Below are positions 25,737 through 36,506 of a stretch of DNA of 64,000 bases, one piece after another. Origin of the DNA: Candidatus Bathyarchaeota archaeon. Its GTDB lineage: Archaea > Thermoproteota > Bathyarchaeia > 40CM-2-53-6. The translations under genes and the position numbers were made by a program. The notes under the pieces are model-generated. The model was not told the DNA's origin, searched no databases, and saw only the letters and a program-made list of their open reading frames with translations. Position 1 is the first letter of the stretch; the number at the start of each line of letters is the position of its first letter. The DNA lies in assembly GCA_963835925.1 (NCBI GenBank), contig CAWIHH010000004.1, positions 83,358 through 147,357 of the forward strand, written 5' to 3'.

Positions 25737-25931
25737 TTGCCAGCAAAGGAAGAAGACGATAATTTCACTGACGAAGAACTTGAAGAGATAATGGACAGAC
25801 ACTCCCCTACTGGACAAATCAGCATCGCGGAGTTCCGTCAAATGATCAGAGAGAATCCACTTCTTGTAGCAGGGCTTATTTTCACCGTCGGCCTACTTCT
25901 CGGGGTCTCATTTCGGTCGCGAAAGAGGTAG
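25737..25931 (+). CDS. Small C-terminally anchored membrane protein
   Basis: Acidic N-terminus, single C-terminal TM helix and RSRKR tail. First gene of a three-gene small-membrane-protein cluster. Confidence 0.35.
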   Translation: MPAKEEDDNFTDEELEEIMDRHSPTGQISIAEFRQMIRENPLLVAGLIFTVGLLLGVSFRSRKR

Positions 25932-26057
25932 CTTCAGGTAAATCCGTCGACCCTAGCGCTTAATCGCGCAATATTACATGCGACCCAGGTCGCAAAAATG
26001 CGTTGTTGACTAAAACGGCGAGGGTAGTCTTTTATCCGTAAGCCATCAAGTTGTAAT

Positions 26058-26291
26058 TTGGTGCCATTCTTGTCCAAAAACAAAGAAACACGGGATGTTC
26101 GTGAAATTGAAGAATACGTCAAAGAACTACGTAAGGACATGGACAAGCGTCTGGACGACCTCAAAGTTCAGATGAACGTGGTCTCGCAGAGAGCGACCAA
26201 AAAGGTTGCAGAGCGCCCGCTATTAGCTCTCGCAGTGGCCTTTGTGGCGGGCATGGCAGTAGGAATCGCTCTTTCAAAAGGCAGCGACTAG
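26058..26291 (+). CDS. DUF883 (YqjD/ElaB)-like tail-anchored stress protein
   Basis: Helical N-terminus plus ERPLLALAVAFVAGMAVGIAL C-terminal anchor, typical of this family (from memory). Confidence 0.45.
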   Translation: MVPFLSKNKETRDVREIEEYVKELRKDMDKRLDDLKVQMNVVSQRATKKVAERPLLALAVAFVAGMAVGIALSKGSD

Positions 26292-26301
26292 GCGAAGTAC
26301 T

Positions 26302-26601
26302 TTGTCGGAAAACGAGAAATCCTCATGGCTGGAGAATATGCTGCGGCTAATTCTGCGCCAGACCATGGGTAACGCTGCTAAGATTGCTCAGCGATTTGTC
26401 AAGAGAACGATACGTTTGGTCGCGATGGCTTTGACAGGAGTGATCATAGCCGTCCTCGGAATCGCTTTTTTTGCAATTGGCGTCGTAAAATGGTTCTCCC
26501 TAGTAATCCCAAGCTGGCAGGCGTGGGCGATCGTCGGAGTCATACTACTGCTCGTAGGCATAGTTCTCGCCGTAGCAACTCTAATAGGCTCAAGCTCCTG
26601 A
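26302..26601 (+). CDS. Holin-X/YqjE-like two-TM membrane protein
   Basis: 99-aa ORF with two TM helices following the DUF883-like gene, mirroring the bacterial yqjD-yqjE arrangement. Confidence 0.4.
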   Translation: MSENEKSSWLENMLRLILRQTMGNAAKIAQRFVKRTIRLVAMALTGVIIAVLGIAFFAIGVVKWFSLVIPSWQAWAIVGVILLLVGIVLAVATLIGSSS

Positions 26602-26674
26602 AAAATAAGTCTCCATTCACGAAACTCTAGCAATCAGCGACTAGCATCGGCTCTAACTTCTCGGGTGCCCGTGG

Positions 26675-27031
26675 TTACGCCGGCAGCGCTTCGTCCGAAA
26701 GGAATCTCACGATCTTACCAGCACCTAGCTTCTCGATGACGAGCTTACGTTCTTCTTCGCAGAGCTGTGTGTATTTCAAATGCGTCTGGTTAACACCTAC
26801 ATATCGTCCCGCAACGAGATATGCGCTCGCGTTTTTTTCCTTGTATACAGTAATAGGTTTGTAGGCCGCGGCAACGTCGCTTCCGGCGTAGATATACGTA
26901 ATCAAATCTTCGTAATTTTTCTTATCCTCAATCTTGAGCAGCACCATTCGGGAATCGTCAGCTTTCATGAGACGCCCAGTATCAGACATGCGTAAAACGT
27001 TTGCTGCTGTTTCACCAAGCGAAGTGATCAC
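26675..27031 (-). CDS. Hypothetical protein
   Basis: 118-aa ORF with normal composition. No family recognised. Confidence 0.4.
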   Translation of the reverse strand: MITSLGETAANVLRMSDTGRLMKADDSRMVLLKIEDKKNYEDLITYIYAGSDVAAAYKPITVYKEKNASAYLVAGRYVGVNQTHLKYTQLCEEERKLVIEKLGAGKIVRFLSDEALPA

Positions 27032-27394
27032 TTCTCACGCATCTGTCGGTTGAGAATCTGCGATGGCACCGGACCGCAGCACTCGTCAACTGAAAAGTAT
27101 CTCCATTACGCTAGGAATTCACAGCATGTGCAACCAGTCAGAATCTCGTTTCTTCATCCATACATGTGTTTTGGATTCGAGCACTCCATTCTTGACCTAC
27201 ACATGACGAGTTCGAGAAATAACACTCACAGGCCAATAGCATTGTAGAATACGTTGACGTAACTCGTTGCCGTCATCCATTCCCCATTCAAAGATGCTTT
27301 GCGAAAGAGTATTGAATATATATTCATTATTCCTTCTCTTCAAAACTGAGATTCGTCCGATCGCTTACTAACCCCACAAGGTGCATGCCCTGCT

Positions 27395-27844
27395 ATGTCG
27401 AGGCCAAGGAAATGCAGATGGATCAACTGCGAACCGACTGTCACCCTGTTCAAGCCAAGAGGAATCCCAACCACAGAACTCGAAACGGTCACCTTGATGG
27501 TGGACGAGTTCGAAGCGTTGCGACTGAAAGACTTGGAGGGTTTGGAGCAGGAGAAGGCTGCTGCGAAGATGAACGTGTCACAGCCAACCCTGCATCGAAT
27601 GCTGGAATCAGCGCACAGGAAGGTCGCGGACTCATTGGTTCACGGCAAAGCCTTGGTGATCGAAGGAGGAGATTATGAAGTGAGACAAGGAGAACGCCTG
27701 TTCAAATGTTACTCGTGCCAAAACGAATGGCAAGAACCATACGGCACCGGGAGACCAGACGGATGCCCGAAATGCCAAAGCACAGACTTCCGCAGAGCGC
27801 CACAAGACAGAGGATACAGCCGACATGGGACTAGGGGATGCTGA
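27395..27844 (+). CDS. DUF134 (UPF0251) HTH protein with C-terminal zinc ribbon
   Basis: MSRPRKCRWI...F.KPRGIP...V.L.VDEFEALRL.DLEGL.QE.AA.KM.VSQPT..R.L motif, then CYSC...CPKC. Confidence 0.75.
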   Translation: MSRPRKCRWINCEPTVTLFKPRGIPTTELETVTLMVDEFEALRLKDLEGLEQEKAAAKMNVSQPTLHRMLESAHRKVADSLVHGKALVIEGGDYEVRQGERLFKCYSCQNEWQEPYGTGRPDGCPKCQSTDFRRAPQDRGYSRHGTRGC

Positions 27845-27848
27845 AGAC

Positions 27849-28240
27849 ATGACCAGAATTAGAGTAGCCATACCCTGCCAGGGCGAAGCAACTTCCAGTT
27901 CGCAAGTGTCACCCCACTTCGGACGCTGCGACTCCTACGCGATACTAACCGTCCAAGACGGCAAGATCGAATCTGTCGAGTCCCTCTCAAACTCAAACCA
28001 CACGGACTGCTCCAGCCCAGTACGAATGCTCCGGAACGAGGCGTTGAACTAATGCTAGTCGCAGGGATGGGCATGCGACCGTACATGAGTTTTCGGGAAA
28101 AAGGAATAGAGGTCAGATACGGAATATCAGGAACAGTGGCGGACGCTGTGGAATCCTACATCAACAATGAAACCATACCAATGACGGAAGAAACTCTCTG
28201 CGGATCCCATGGAGAAGGCACGCACGACCATCCTCACTAG
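27849..28240 (+). pseudogene. NifB/NifX-type (dinitrogenase FeMo-cofactor-binding domain) protein with a frameshift near 28030
   Basis: MTRIRVAIP...VSPHFGRCDSYAILTV... continues in another frame as ERGVELMLVAGMGMRPYMSFREKGIEV.... Usual partner of DUF134 genes. Confidence 0.65.
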
Positions 28241-28295
28241 GATAACCCGTCAAAACGTGACGTAAGAGAATAAATGAAACGCTACGAACCTTGCC

Positions 28296-29528
28296 ATGAG
28301 TAATCTTCATCGCGATGGAAGTAATCCCTTTCTATCACAGAGAAAATCGATAAGTGAACAGAAAGCTAGTCAAGCGGAGGCAGCAGATGAAACTGAACAG
28401 AAAATCGTTCCTAACGCTGATTCCCGTGACTCAATTCTAGACTATTTATTCTCGTGTTCCTCCTTGGAAGCCAGAAAGGTCCAGAGAGTTGGGTATTCCA
28501 CCTTAACCGTCTCTTTGCCCAGAGACTGGGTTCAGGAGGTGAAACTAAACGCTGGCGATATCGTTTCAGTCACGTGCGAAGACGACGACTCATTGAAACT
28601 AATACTCGGGACAGAGCAAAAACGAGAGGAAGTTCGGAATTGTGTGATCAACGTGGACCTTTGTAATTCACCCAACCTTCTTACTCGAATAATAAAAGCG
28701 AACTACATCCTCGGCCATGACACGATCCAAGTCGTCGCTAGAGACAAGCTGGGGAGAGTTCACCTCGAAGAGATCCGGAAGACAACACAGCATTTGAACG
28801 GTATCAGTATTGTTGAACAGACTATCAAGCAAGTAGTCCTGCAGAACTTCGTCGACCCTACGCGGTTTCCAATCAATGGCCTACTGCGCAGGCTGCATAT
28901 CATAATCTCGTCAATGGTGGATGCTTCGATCAAGGCCCTGTTGATAGCGAGACCTGAACTCGCATTGGAAGTTATGCACATGGAGGAAGAGTCGGACAAA
29001 ATCTACTGGTTCATAGTGAGACAGCTACTACTTGCGGTACGCGACCGACGCACGGTCTCCGAGATCGGCATTGATTCCCCTCTTCACATAGTCGGCAACA
29101 GAATGGTCGCAAAGGCTCTGGAAGAGATGGCGGACTCAGCGAATAATATAGCAAACGAAATCTTGGCATTAGAAAATATGGAGATAGCTGGTGAGGAGAT
29201 TTTGAAGGATATCTCCAAGTTTGCAGACCAAGTCAACCGAATCGCTAAGCAAAGCGTCGAGGCGTTGTTCGCAGGCGAGATTAGACGCGCCAATGAGGCG
29301 GTGGAAATGGTTCTTAGGGCAGAGAATGATGAGCGAAGGTTGACCGAGAAGATCTTGTCACAGGTGAAAGATGTGAGTCGTGCAACGAGCCTTCGAATCA
29401 TAATCCGGAACCTAGGTCAGTTCGCCAAATACTGCAAAATAATTAACGAAATAACGATCAATCGTGTCATGGAGACTCCCTCAGAAATCTGTAAGTACAT
29501 CTCAAATAGCAAACCCAGACAACGTTAG
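28296..29528 (+). CDS. AbrB/SpoVT-PhoU domain phosphate-uptake-regulator-like protein
   Basis: SpoVT/AbrB-like segment (TLTVSLPRDWVQEVKLNAGDIVSV) followed by two PhoU-like helical repeats. Confidence 0.65.
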   Translation: MSNLHRDGSNPFLSQRKSISEQKASQAEAADETEQKIVPNADSRDSILDYLFSCSSLEARKVQRVGYSTLTVSLPRDWVQEVKLNAGDIVSVTCEDDDSLKLILGTEQKREEVRNCVINVDLCNSPNLLTRIIKANYILGHDTIQVVARDKLGRVHLEEIRKTTQHLNGISIVEQTIKQVVLQNFVDPTRFPINGLLRRLHIIISSMVDASIKALLIARPELALEVMHMEEESDKIYWFIVRQLLLAVRDRRTVSEIGIDSPLHIVGNRMVAKALEEMADSANNIANEILALENMEIAGEEILKDISKFADQVNRIAKQSVEALFAGEIRRANEAVEMVLRAENDERRLTEKILSQVKDVSRATSLRIIIRNLGQFAKYCKIINEITINRVMETPSEICKYISNSKPRQR

Positions 29529-30129
29529 GTGGTTAGTAGGAAATTTCGCCGCCGCTGACCTCATTATCACGACAAATGCACTGAATTGGATACTGTTCCG
29601 CGAACCTAAGAACCCAGTTCTGACTTACCGCTGCATGCAAGCCTCCCCCGAACTCCGTTTCCCTACTACGCCTGTTTGCGAGAAATGCGGCCGCAACGTC
29701 CGCAATCACTTCTCACAGTTTGCGCCTTTAGGAAAACGTTGCTGTGAGCATCAATGCAAATGCGACCGGGCTTGGGACGCAAGCAATGAGACGAAACCCA
29801 TTACGCAAACAGGCTTAGACTGAGAACAAGGTCAATTCTCAATACTCAGAGATGAGAAAGGGGATTTCACCCCCAAAGACTCTATGCTGAGATATGCAAG
29901 AGTTGTGGTTACACCGAGCTTTATGCGAATACTGAAGAACTAAAGGCTTGAAGCCAGCACGTCGTGAATAATGCGCATAAATCGTGTGAGAGAGCGCGAC
30001 GGAACGCATAGTTGATAGAACCTAGTTGGAACAGTTGAGAGGGTAAAGGTAGTCATTGACCGTTTCCGTAAAGTAGGTATGGGAAAAATGGGGTAACTGG
30101 GAGCGTATCCTCCCGAGTCACTTTTGATT

Positions 30130-30654
30130 TTATGCCTTAAGGTTAGGCTGGTACGCGAATAGTGTTTCGCTTCTCCAGATCCCGTCAGTATGGGTTAATT
30201 GTTCGACGGTAGTTTTCATGAGTTGCTCGTAGTTCGGAGCCTTGTAGCTCATGACGATGTCGTACTGACCTGGGAAACTGTATGAGTCGTATATGGCGGG
30301 TAGGCTTTTCAGCTTGTTGAGAACTTCGGGTAGTGGTTTGTTGACTGATAGGAGGCTGAATCCCCAAACGCCTTGCGTGTCAAGTTTCTGACCGTTAACG
30401 AACCCATCATTTGCCGTAATAGTATTAGTAGCGTTCACACCATGGATGGTGCGTATCTTGTTGATGACGTTGGTTAGTTGTTCTGGGTTACTGGATTTGA
30501 TTCGCATGATGATGTCGTATCGGCCGGTTACTTGTGCGCTAAACTCTATTTCGCTGTACTTGCGTAGCTCCTCGACAACTTGTGGGACACGGTCACGCTG
30601 GACCTTGGCGAACACGTAAGTCGGGAACATTTTATTTGCTTGCATTAAATTCAC
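30130..30654 (-). CDS. Tandem Lrp/AsnC RAM-domain protein (no HTH)
   Basis: Two internal repeats of the RAM pattern (…VTGRYDIIMRIKS… and …FPGQYDIVMSYKA…). Confidence 0.55.
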   Translation of the reverse strand: MNLMQANKMFPTYVFAKVQRDRVPQVVEELRKYSEIEFSAQVTGRYDIIMRIKSSNPEQLTNVINKIRTIHGVNATNTITANDGFVNGQKLDTQGVWGFSLLSVNKPLPEVLNKLKSLPAIYDSYSFPGQYDIVMSYKAPNYEQLMKTTVEQLTHTDGIWRSETLFAYQPNLKA

Positions 30655-30762
30655 CTACTAACTCCAAGTATTGTTAACAGAAGCTATACCCGTATCAGAC
30701 TTATAACAGTTGTTACCAAAAGATATAATTGTAACATTCCCCTAATCAGGCATGACCGAGCG

Positions 30763-31440
30763 ATGAAAACAGGAAGACCAACCATATCCGCAGCCGTAGT
30801 GGACCTCCTAACCCGCAACCATCCCGTCTATCAGCACATTCGCATGGGACTCATCAACTATCACGCCCTGGCAGCGAGAATCAAACCCACCGTAGACCGA
30901 ATTACCGGCAGAAACGTGAACGTTAACACGATAGTCGTAATCATCAAAAGGTTCTCAGACGCGCAATCCAAGCTCGGCCTACCCCTCACAATGTCCGTCC
31001 TCAGAAATTCAAAAATGACGTTAAGCAGCGGAGTGGTCGACGTAACAATTACCCCCAAGCGAGAAGCCTTCATTACCGAACTGAAAAGACTAGTCGAACT
31101 ATCCGCTGAACTGAACGAACGCCCCCACATCTTCCCCCTCGTAAGCTCCATCAAAATCATAACCGACGCAAACGATTATGAGAAACTGAAAACAGCATTG
31201 AAGAGCCGATATTCCCTAAAGCCTCGTCTGAACGCGGCGAAGATTACAATACACCTATCCGAGGAAGCTGAAAGGTCACCCGGAATCGCTGCTTACATTA
31301 CCGACCTGCTCTACCGCAACGGAATAAACATCGTAGACGCATTCCTCGGATACGAAGAAATCATCCTAATCCTCGACGAGTCAGACGGACCACGAGCATA
31401 CACAACATTAGAAGAGGAGCCCGGCAAAATTCGGAAGTGA
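30763..31440 (+). CDS. Conserved hypothetical, probable ACT-domain regulatory protein
   Basis: The C-terminal part (AKITIHLSEEAERSPGIAAYITDLLYRNGINIVDAFLGYEEIILILDE) looks like an ACT fold. Confidence 0.4.
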   Translation: MKTGRPTISAAVVDLLTRNHPVYQHIRMGLINYHALAARIKPTVDRITGRNVNVNTIVVIIKRFSDAQSKLGLPLTMSVLRNSKMTLSSGVVDVTITPKREAFITELKRLVELSAELNERPHIFPLVSSIKIITDANDYEKLKTALKSRYSLKPRLNAAKITIHLSEEAERSPGIAAYITDLLYRNGINIVDAFLGYEEIILILDESDGPRAYTTLEEEPGKIRK

Positions 31441-31477
31441 GCTTACAATTGCGCCATTCGAGTGATGCTAGAACTCT

Positions 31478-31530
31478 TTAGTGTGTGAGCCAGGTGGTGC
31501 GCGTCACACACAAAATTGGAGTTCAAATTA
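31478..31530. repeat. Composite intergenic repeat, copy F
   Basis: tTTAGTGTGTGAgccaGGTGGTGCGCgTCACACACaaaattggaGTTCAAATTa: an 8-bp stem GTGTGTGA/TCACACAC around the GGTGCGC core, plus a TTCAAAT module. Confidence 0.65.
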
Positions 31531-31812
31531 GCGTAAGGATGGTTCAGGCAATGATTGTGGGGATCAAAGTCGAGCAGTAGAATAAACGGATTACACTAAT
31601 GCAACGTGCCGAGGAGAAAAGCAAATTTCTGAGAACTAGGCTACTGAAGATACCTTATGATGCGTTTCGGTATAAGAGGCTGGACTTTAGCCCTTAGAAT
31701 TTGGATACTCCGTCCGTGATTGAGAATAAGCGTGATTCGTCGAAACAATTCTTAGTTTGGGATTTGTACGCGCAACTAGACCCGCAATTCTTACAGGTAG
31801 CAACGTGTCTGG

Positions 31813-31998
31813 TCATGGTGTGATCTTCCTAAATGCGCTGATCGGGAAACCGTCATGCTGTCGGGCATACTTGAGGTAGTCGTCGCAAACCCACCACATA
31901 TTATGAATATTATTCGCGTCTTTATCGCATTTTACGGGTTTACCGTCACGTTCAACGATGACGTCGCATTTACCTGATTCTGGAATTTGAGGCGGCAT
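31813..31998 (-). CDS. Hypothetical small protein
   Basis: 61-aa ORF. Its stop overlaps (ATGA) the start of a further 39-aa Cys-rich ORF at 31697..31816 (own translation MTRHVATCKNCGSSC...). Confidence 0.3.
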   Translation of the reverse strand: MPPQIPESGKCDVIVERDGKPVKCDKDANNIHNMWWVCDDYLKYARQHDGFPISAFRKITP

Positions 31999-32046
31999 AT
32001 CTATGCTAGCGTATGCAGTTCCAGAGAGTGAGCAGGTAGTTCTGTT

Positions 32047-32439
32047 CTATAGTAGTTCTGTCCACTTCTCCGGTTTCTCTATGACCTTGACTTCGCTGGC
32101 CGTTCGCATCATCCTTGACTTTTGAGGTCTTGCCTGATCGATCATGTCCCAAGTCTTGTGAGTCCATTCCGCTAAAGCCTTGCAGTCACGCATCTTGTCT
32201 AAGGCGGCCCAGTCGGGCGCAGCCCACCAATCCTCAGCATCATAATCGCCAAACCCTAGAATCGTAGTGTAGGTGTTAAGATACTTGACCCCAGTTTCCT
32301 TCTCTATTCGAGAAACCAAATGCTTTGCCTCGTCTGAGCCCAACCATTTCACGTACTCTGCAACTTTCCCTGATTTTCCATAATAGCTCCATACCCAAAA
32401 TACCGACATATTTCCCCACGATGTACTTGGTCGAGGCAT
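32047..32439 (-). CDS. Hypothetical Trp-rich protein
   Basis: 130-aa ORF. No family recognised. Confidence 0.4.
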   Translation of the reverse strand: MPRPSTSWGNMSVFWVWSYYGKSGKVAEYVKWLGSDEAKHLVSRIEKETGVKYLNTYTTILGFGDYDAEDWWAAPDWAALDKMRDCKALAEWTHKTWDMIDQARPQKSRMMRTASEVKVIEKPEKWTELL

Positions 32440-32470
32440 ATGACGTAATTAAGCATGTTTTGTAATCAGC

Positions 32471-32528
32471 GTGATTTGAACCGTGATTTAGTGTGTGGGT
32501 ATAGCTGGTGCGCACCAGCCCGCACCAC
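32471..32528. repeat. Composite intergenic repeat, copy B
   Basis: GTGATTTGAACCGTGAtTTAGTGTGTGGGTATAGCTGGTGCGCACCAGCccgcacc. Contains the perfect 16-bp palindrome GCTGGTGCGCACCAGC (32504-32519). Confidence 0.7.
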
Positions 32529-33382
32529 CAAGATTACTTTCTTCACATCAAATGATGTCGTGCTAGTCAAGGTTTCAGCGTTCATTTTAGATGTACTTTG
32601 ATACTAAGCCGAGTATGCCACCAAGGCCGCCTGCGATCAGCCCTATCACAATGAGAACAATAGCCCAAGTGAGGTCGGCAACACATTTAGCGCCATAGAT
32701 AGCAACAAGGCGAGAACGATTTCAATGATCCCCCAAAAAGATCCACCAAAGGCAAAATACAAGCGGGCGAGAAAGATCGGGAAATCTACTTCTATTGTGA
32801 ATCCAGATGAGTGAGTAGCAAGAGGTGCGGACTGCCAGTCACCAAACCGTTTGCCGCGCTCTCTAGGCACCAAACGACAATGAAGCGTTACCTGTATTCG
32901 TAATCTTTCTAGCTATGGCGAGTATAGCACTACTCCTATGTCTGTACACATCAAGCGTAGGTTTGTTTCCCGTGCGATTCCTGAAGGTGAACGTCCCTAC
33001 AGTTCCACTCGACTGCTGAAATCCTATCCTGGTGGAGACACCGGAGACAATTTTGACGCGGCAGTGAGGGACAATGTTTCAATGTGCGAGCAAGGGCGTG
33101 ACACAACAGTAATGTTCAACGGAAAAAAGAAACAATGGGAGCTACGAGAGTGGATTCCGCTCTGAAGCTGGCAAGGGACCAAGAAAGAGGACAGGCTTCT
33201 CCACCTTCCTAACTGCGAGAGTTCCCTTTTTCTCTTTAGGCATAGCTATTCATTCAGTATTCTATATCAAGATTCATTTATTATTTGTGTGTGCGTACCA
33301 GCGTACTGAAAACTCTCGAGCGAGGATTGCGAGCATCTTAACAACGTAGTGATCAAGACCTGAAAGAGAGGAATCTGCATTC

Positions 33383-33916
33383 TCATTTCTCAAACGATTT
33401 GGCTAGGCTGTCTGCGAATGTCTTGAAGATTTTCTCCAGTTCTTCTTTTGCGATCTCCCAGCTCCTCCATCCGTAAAGCACGACATTCAGTATGCCTATG
33501 ATCGGCAGAACTACTACGACAACACCTATGCCCGGGATGATGACGAGAACTGGAGCGATCAGCGCTATTAGAATCAGAAGTGATACTACTTTTCCCATGT
33601 CCACGAGTGAGCTTCTGAGTTCTTCTTTCCTTCTCGCTGCAAGTCGCTTCCTGCGCGCAACCGCGTAACTGGCGAAGGCACCTGTTAGCCCTTGTAAATC
33701 ACCGTAGATTCGCAACTCAATAATCAAGGCGAAGATGAGCGCTGCTACACCAACAAGGATTCCTCCAGCAACGCCAACTCCGGGAAGCACGTAACTCGTA
33801 ACGTACGCTACGGGCATAATCAGGTAGAGTACAAAGATGAGTGCGAGCATCGTAGCCAGGTTTGTCAGGATGCGTGGCAGACGCTCACGTATCTCATCCG
33901 CGAAGGTCTTCGGCAT
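33383..33916 (-). CDS. Multi-TM membrane protein, paralog A
   Basis: N-terminal EIRERLPR motif and the same TM layout as the adjacent gene. Confidence 0.5.
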   Translation of the reverse strand: MPKTFADEIRERLPRILTNLATMLALIFVLYLIMPVAYVTSYVLPGVGVAGGILVGVAALIFALIIELRIYGDLQGLTGAFASYAVARRKRLAARRKEELRSSLVDMGKVVSLLILIALIAPVLVIIPGIGVVVVVLPIIGILNVVLYGWRSWEIAKEELEKIFKTFADSLAKSFEK

Positions 33917-33925
33917 TCAGGATGC

Positions 33926-34489
33926 CTACTTCCCGGACTTCTCAGATTCTTCAACCATTGATGCGATCTTATCGGAGACCTTGTGAACGGATTTAGCTAT
34001 CTCATCGTATAGTAACCGACCTGCATCGTACAGAAAAATAATAACAACCGCTGCTAGGATTAGCGGAATCGCGGCTGCAAACGATGCACCGATTCCAGGT
34101 ATCAGCACAACGAAAGGCGTCAGCAAGTAGAACAGGATCAGTATCACGACAACTGACAAGAAATCGCGAACGACCTTTCGAATCAAGTTCTGCTGATGCT
34201 CTTCCAGCCCCGGAACTGCTGCCGCCAGCATATGCGATCCATGATGCACCATCACAGCAGTATCGCGCAGGACTCGGACGACTAGGATGGCTAGTATCAC
34301 GAGAAAGATCACTGCCACAGCCAGGCCAACGGACAGACCGACAACGGGAACATTCAGATTTATCGCATAAGCAATAGGAAGAACAATGTAAGCCACGAAC
34401 AAGATAACTACAATAGCCACGAAATCTAGAACTAACCGCGGAAGCCTTTCCCTAATCTCGTGTGATAGTGGTTTAACCGTCTCTGTCAC
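33926..34489 (-). CDS. Multi-TM membrane protein, paralog B
   Basis: Shares the N-terminal HEIRERLPR motif and overall topology with 33383..33916. Confidence 0.5.
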   Translation of the reverse strand: MTETVKPLSHEIRERLPRLVLDFVAIVVILFVAYIVLPIAYAINLNVPVVGLSVGLAVAVIFLVILAILVVRVLRDTAVMVHHGSHMLAAAVPGLEEHQQNLIRKVVRDFLSVVVILILFYLLTPFVVLIPGIGASFAAAIPLILAAVVIIFLYDAGRLLYDEIAKSVHKVSDKIASMVEESEKSGK

Positions 34490-34713
34490 AACATCATCCC
34501 CTAAAAATAGCCGTCTTCTTCGCCCTATCGATAGTCGACGGCGACTAATTTACGTTACGTCTTGACATAGCCATTTTCTAACTTTCAACATTGCTTATCG
34601 TGTTTTCTTTTTTACCTGTCTGCTGTTCAATCAAAGGGGTTTTTCTATTGGGCTTGAATTATGGGGTGCCGCCTAGGAGGTAATCAGCGACGTCTGCGAA
34701 GCTTGGAAGAATT

Positions 34714-35946
34714 ATGGGGATTCCGATCAGGATTCACTACACGTTGTGGTTCGTTTTCATTCTTATCGCTTGGTCGCTCGCGGTTGGATACATGCCTGAT
34801 CAGTATCCGGGCCTTGGCACCGTGACTTACTGGGCCATTGGTATTGCGTCCGCAATAATCCTCTTCGTTTCCGTCCTTGTACATGAGCTCTCTCATTCTT
34901 ACATAGCGAAGAAGAATGGGCTGCCTATTGCGAGGATTACACTCTTCTTCTTTGGGGGCGTCTCTGAGATGACTGAAGAGCCTCAAGACCCTGGCTTAGA
35001 GGTTCGCATGGCCGCCGCGGGTCCCTTGATGAGTTTCCTAATCGCAGGCGTTTTGGGGGCACTATGGTACTTGGGAGGGTTTGCTCATGCACCGGTCGCG
35101 ATAATTGCTGTACTCGGCTACGCGGCGCTAATCAACGGTGTTCTCGGCGTTTTCAACTTACTTCCAGCATTCCCGTTGGATGGTGGCAGAGTATTCCGTG
35201 GAAGCGTCTGGAAGCGTTCGAACAATTTCGTTGGAGCCACCAGGACCGCTATAAGAGTTAGCGAGGTCATTTCGTTGCTAATGATGTTCGGAGGGTTCGT
35301 GTTCATAATCTTCGGAGACTTCGTTGATGGACTATGGGTAATAGTGCTAGGTTGGTTCATCAGATCCGGGGCGCAAACCAGCCTTAAGCAAACACTTGTC
35401 GGTGATGCTCTCTTGGGGGTTTCGGTTGGCGACATCATGACCAGAGAAGTGTTGACCGTCCCGCCAGAGATCACAGTTCAGCAGCTCGTCTCAGATTATC
35501 TCCTTGTGCACCGCCATGGAGGCTACCCAGTTGTTGAGAACGGTGAGGTTCTGGGCGTAGTCACATTGCAATGCGTCCGTGCTGTTCCGAAGGAAAAGAG
35601 GGATCATATGACTGTTCGGGAAGCGATGGTTCCATTCGAACGCATGGTAATGGTGAAGTCTTCTGTGACCGCTCTGGATGCAATGCAGAAGATGGCTCGG
35701 AATAAAGTTGGACGTGTCTTAGTGATCGACGGAGGTCGACTGGTCGGCATGGCAACTCGCGAGGACATCGTCAGGACGATCCAGACACGGCAAGAACTCG
35801 AACTGGGCCCTAGTCTTGGTCTTTCGGGTTTGCCTTCTCCTCAGTATCCTCGCATTCAAGCAGGGCATTGTGTCCAGTGCGGTGCCCCTTTACCCGCCGG
35901 CGTCAAGTTCTGTTCCCAATGCGGCGCTAAACAAAATGTATCCTAA
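34714..35946 (+). CDS. Site-2 protease (M50) with CBS pair and C-terminal zinc ribbon
   Basis: HELSH zinc motif in a TM helix, second motif NLLPAFPLDGGR, two CBS-like repeats, CVQCG...CSQCG tail. Confidence 0.85.
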   Translation: MGIPIRIHYTLWFVFILIAWSLAVGYMPDQYPGLGTVTYWAIGIASAIILFVSVLVHELSHSYIAKKNGLPIARITLFFFGGVSEMTEEPQDPGLEVRMAAAGPLMSFLIAGVLGALWYLGGFAHAPVAIIAVLGYAALINGVLGVFNLLPAFPLDGGRVFRGSVWKRSNNFVGATRTAIRVSEVISLLMMFGGFVFIIFGDFVDGLWVIVLGWFIRSGAQTSLKQTLVGDALLGVSVGDIMTREVLTVPPEITVQQLVSDYLLVHRHGGYPVVENGEVLGVVTLQCVRAVPKEKRDHMTVREAMVPFERMVMVKSSVTALDAMQKMARNKVGRVLVIDGGRLVGMATREDIVRTIQTRQELELGPSLGLSGLPSPQYPRIQAGHCVQCGAPLPAGVKFCSQCGAKQNVS

Positions 35947-36323
35947 TGGGTCACTTCCTATCGAATTCACTGTGGTTGCGGACACCCGCGAATGCAATAA
36001 TCATGGGTCGTGCGGTCTGTGAATTTCTCGGTGCCAGTTGTCGCGCGATAGATCGGAACCTAGTGCAACTCCCACCTCCCGGCGCCAAGAAACTGGCCGC
36101 GACTTTCATCGGACTTTTTGCCCATCAATGTGAGTATTACTGATGTTCTAGCGGCTATTTCTGCGGCAGTAGGCACCATGCGAGGCTTCTTGTTCACACA
36201 TAATTGCCCGTGACGGGTTCAAAGCGGTCAACGTAGCTTACTGGATTGAACGTAGTCCGTCTGGTTGTCTCCCCCATTTACGACCGCATGCTTCGCAATT
36301 GTAGTAGAGGACTGTAACATAAC

Positions 36324-36506
36324 TCATTCTCCCTTCTTCTCCACTACATTCCATTGATCGTAAGGTTCGTCCTGTAGATAAGTCGGATCGTTCAACGGCT
36401 CTCCGTCGCCACGAGCGACCGCTACTCTGGCTTCTTCAGGCGTGTTAGCTTCAATGTTGACTTGCTGCATGTACCTGCTGTAAACTGTTACAGTGAACTT
36501 CATCAC
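36324..36506 (-). CDS. Hypothetical small acidic protein
   Basis: 60-aa ORF only. Confidence 0.25.
   Translation of the reverse strand: MMKFTVTVYSRYMQQVNIEANTPEEARVAVARGDGEPLNDPTYLQDEPYDQWNVVEKKGE

Noticed and set aside
29464-29950. ORF 29464..29823 and a downstream fragment ending ...LYAEICKSCGYTELYANTEELKA* (about 29845-29950), suggestive of a zinc-ribbon protein.
   Set aside because: The 119-aa ORF overlaps the PhoU-like gene's 3' end and has odd composition. The zinc-ribbon fragment has no start codon in frame. It may be another frameshifted small gene, but I cannot reconstruct it with confidence.
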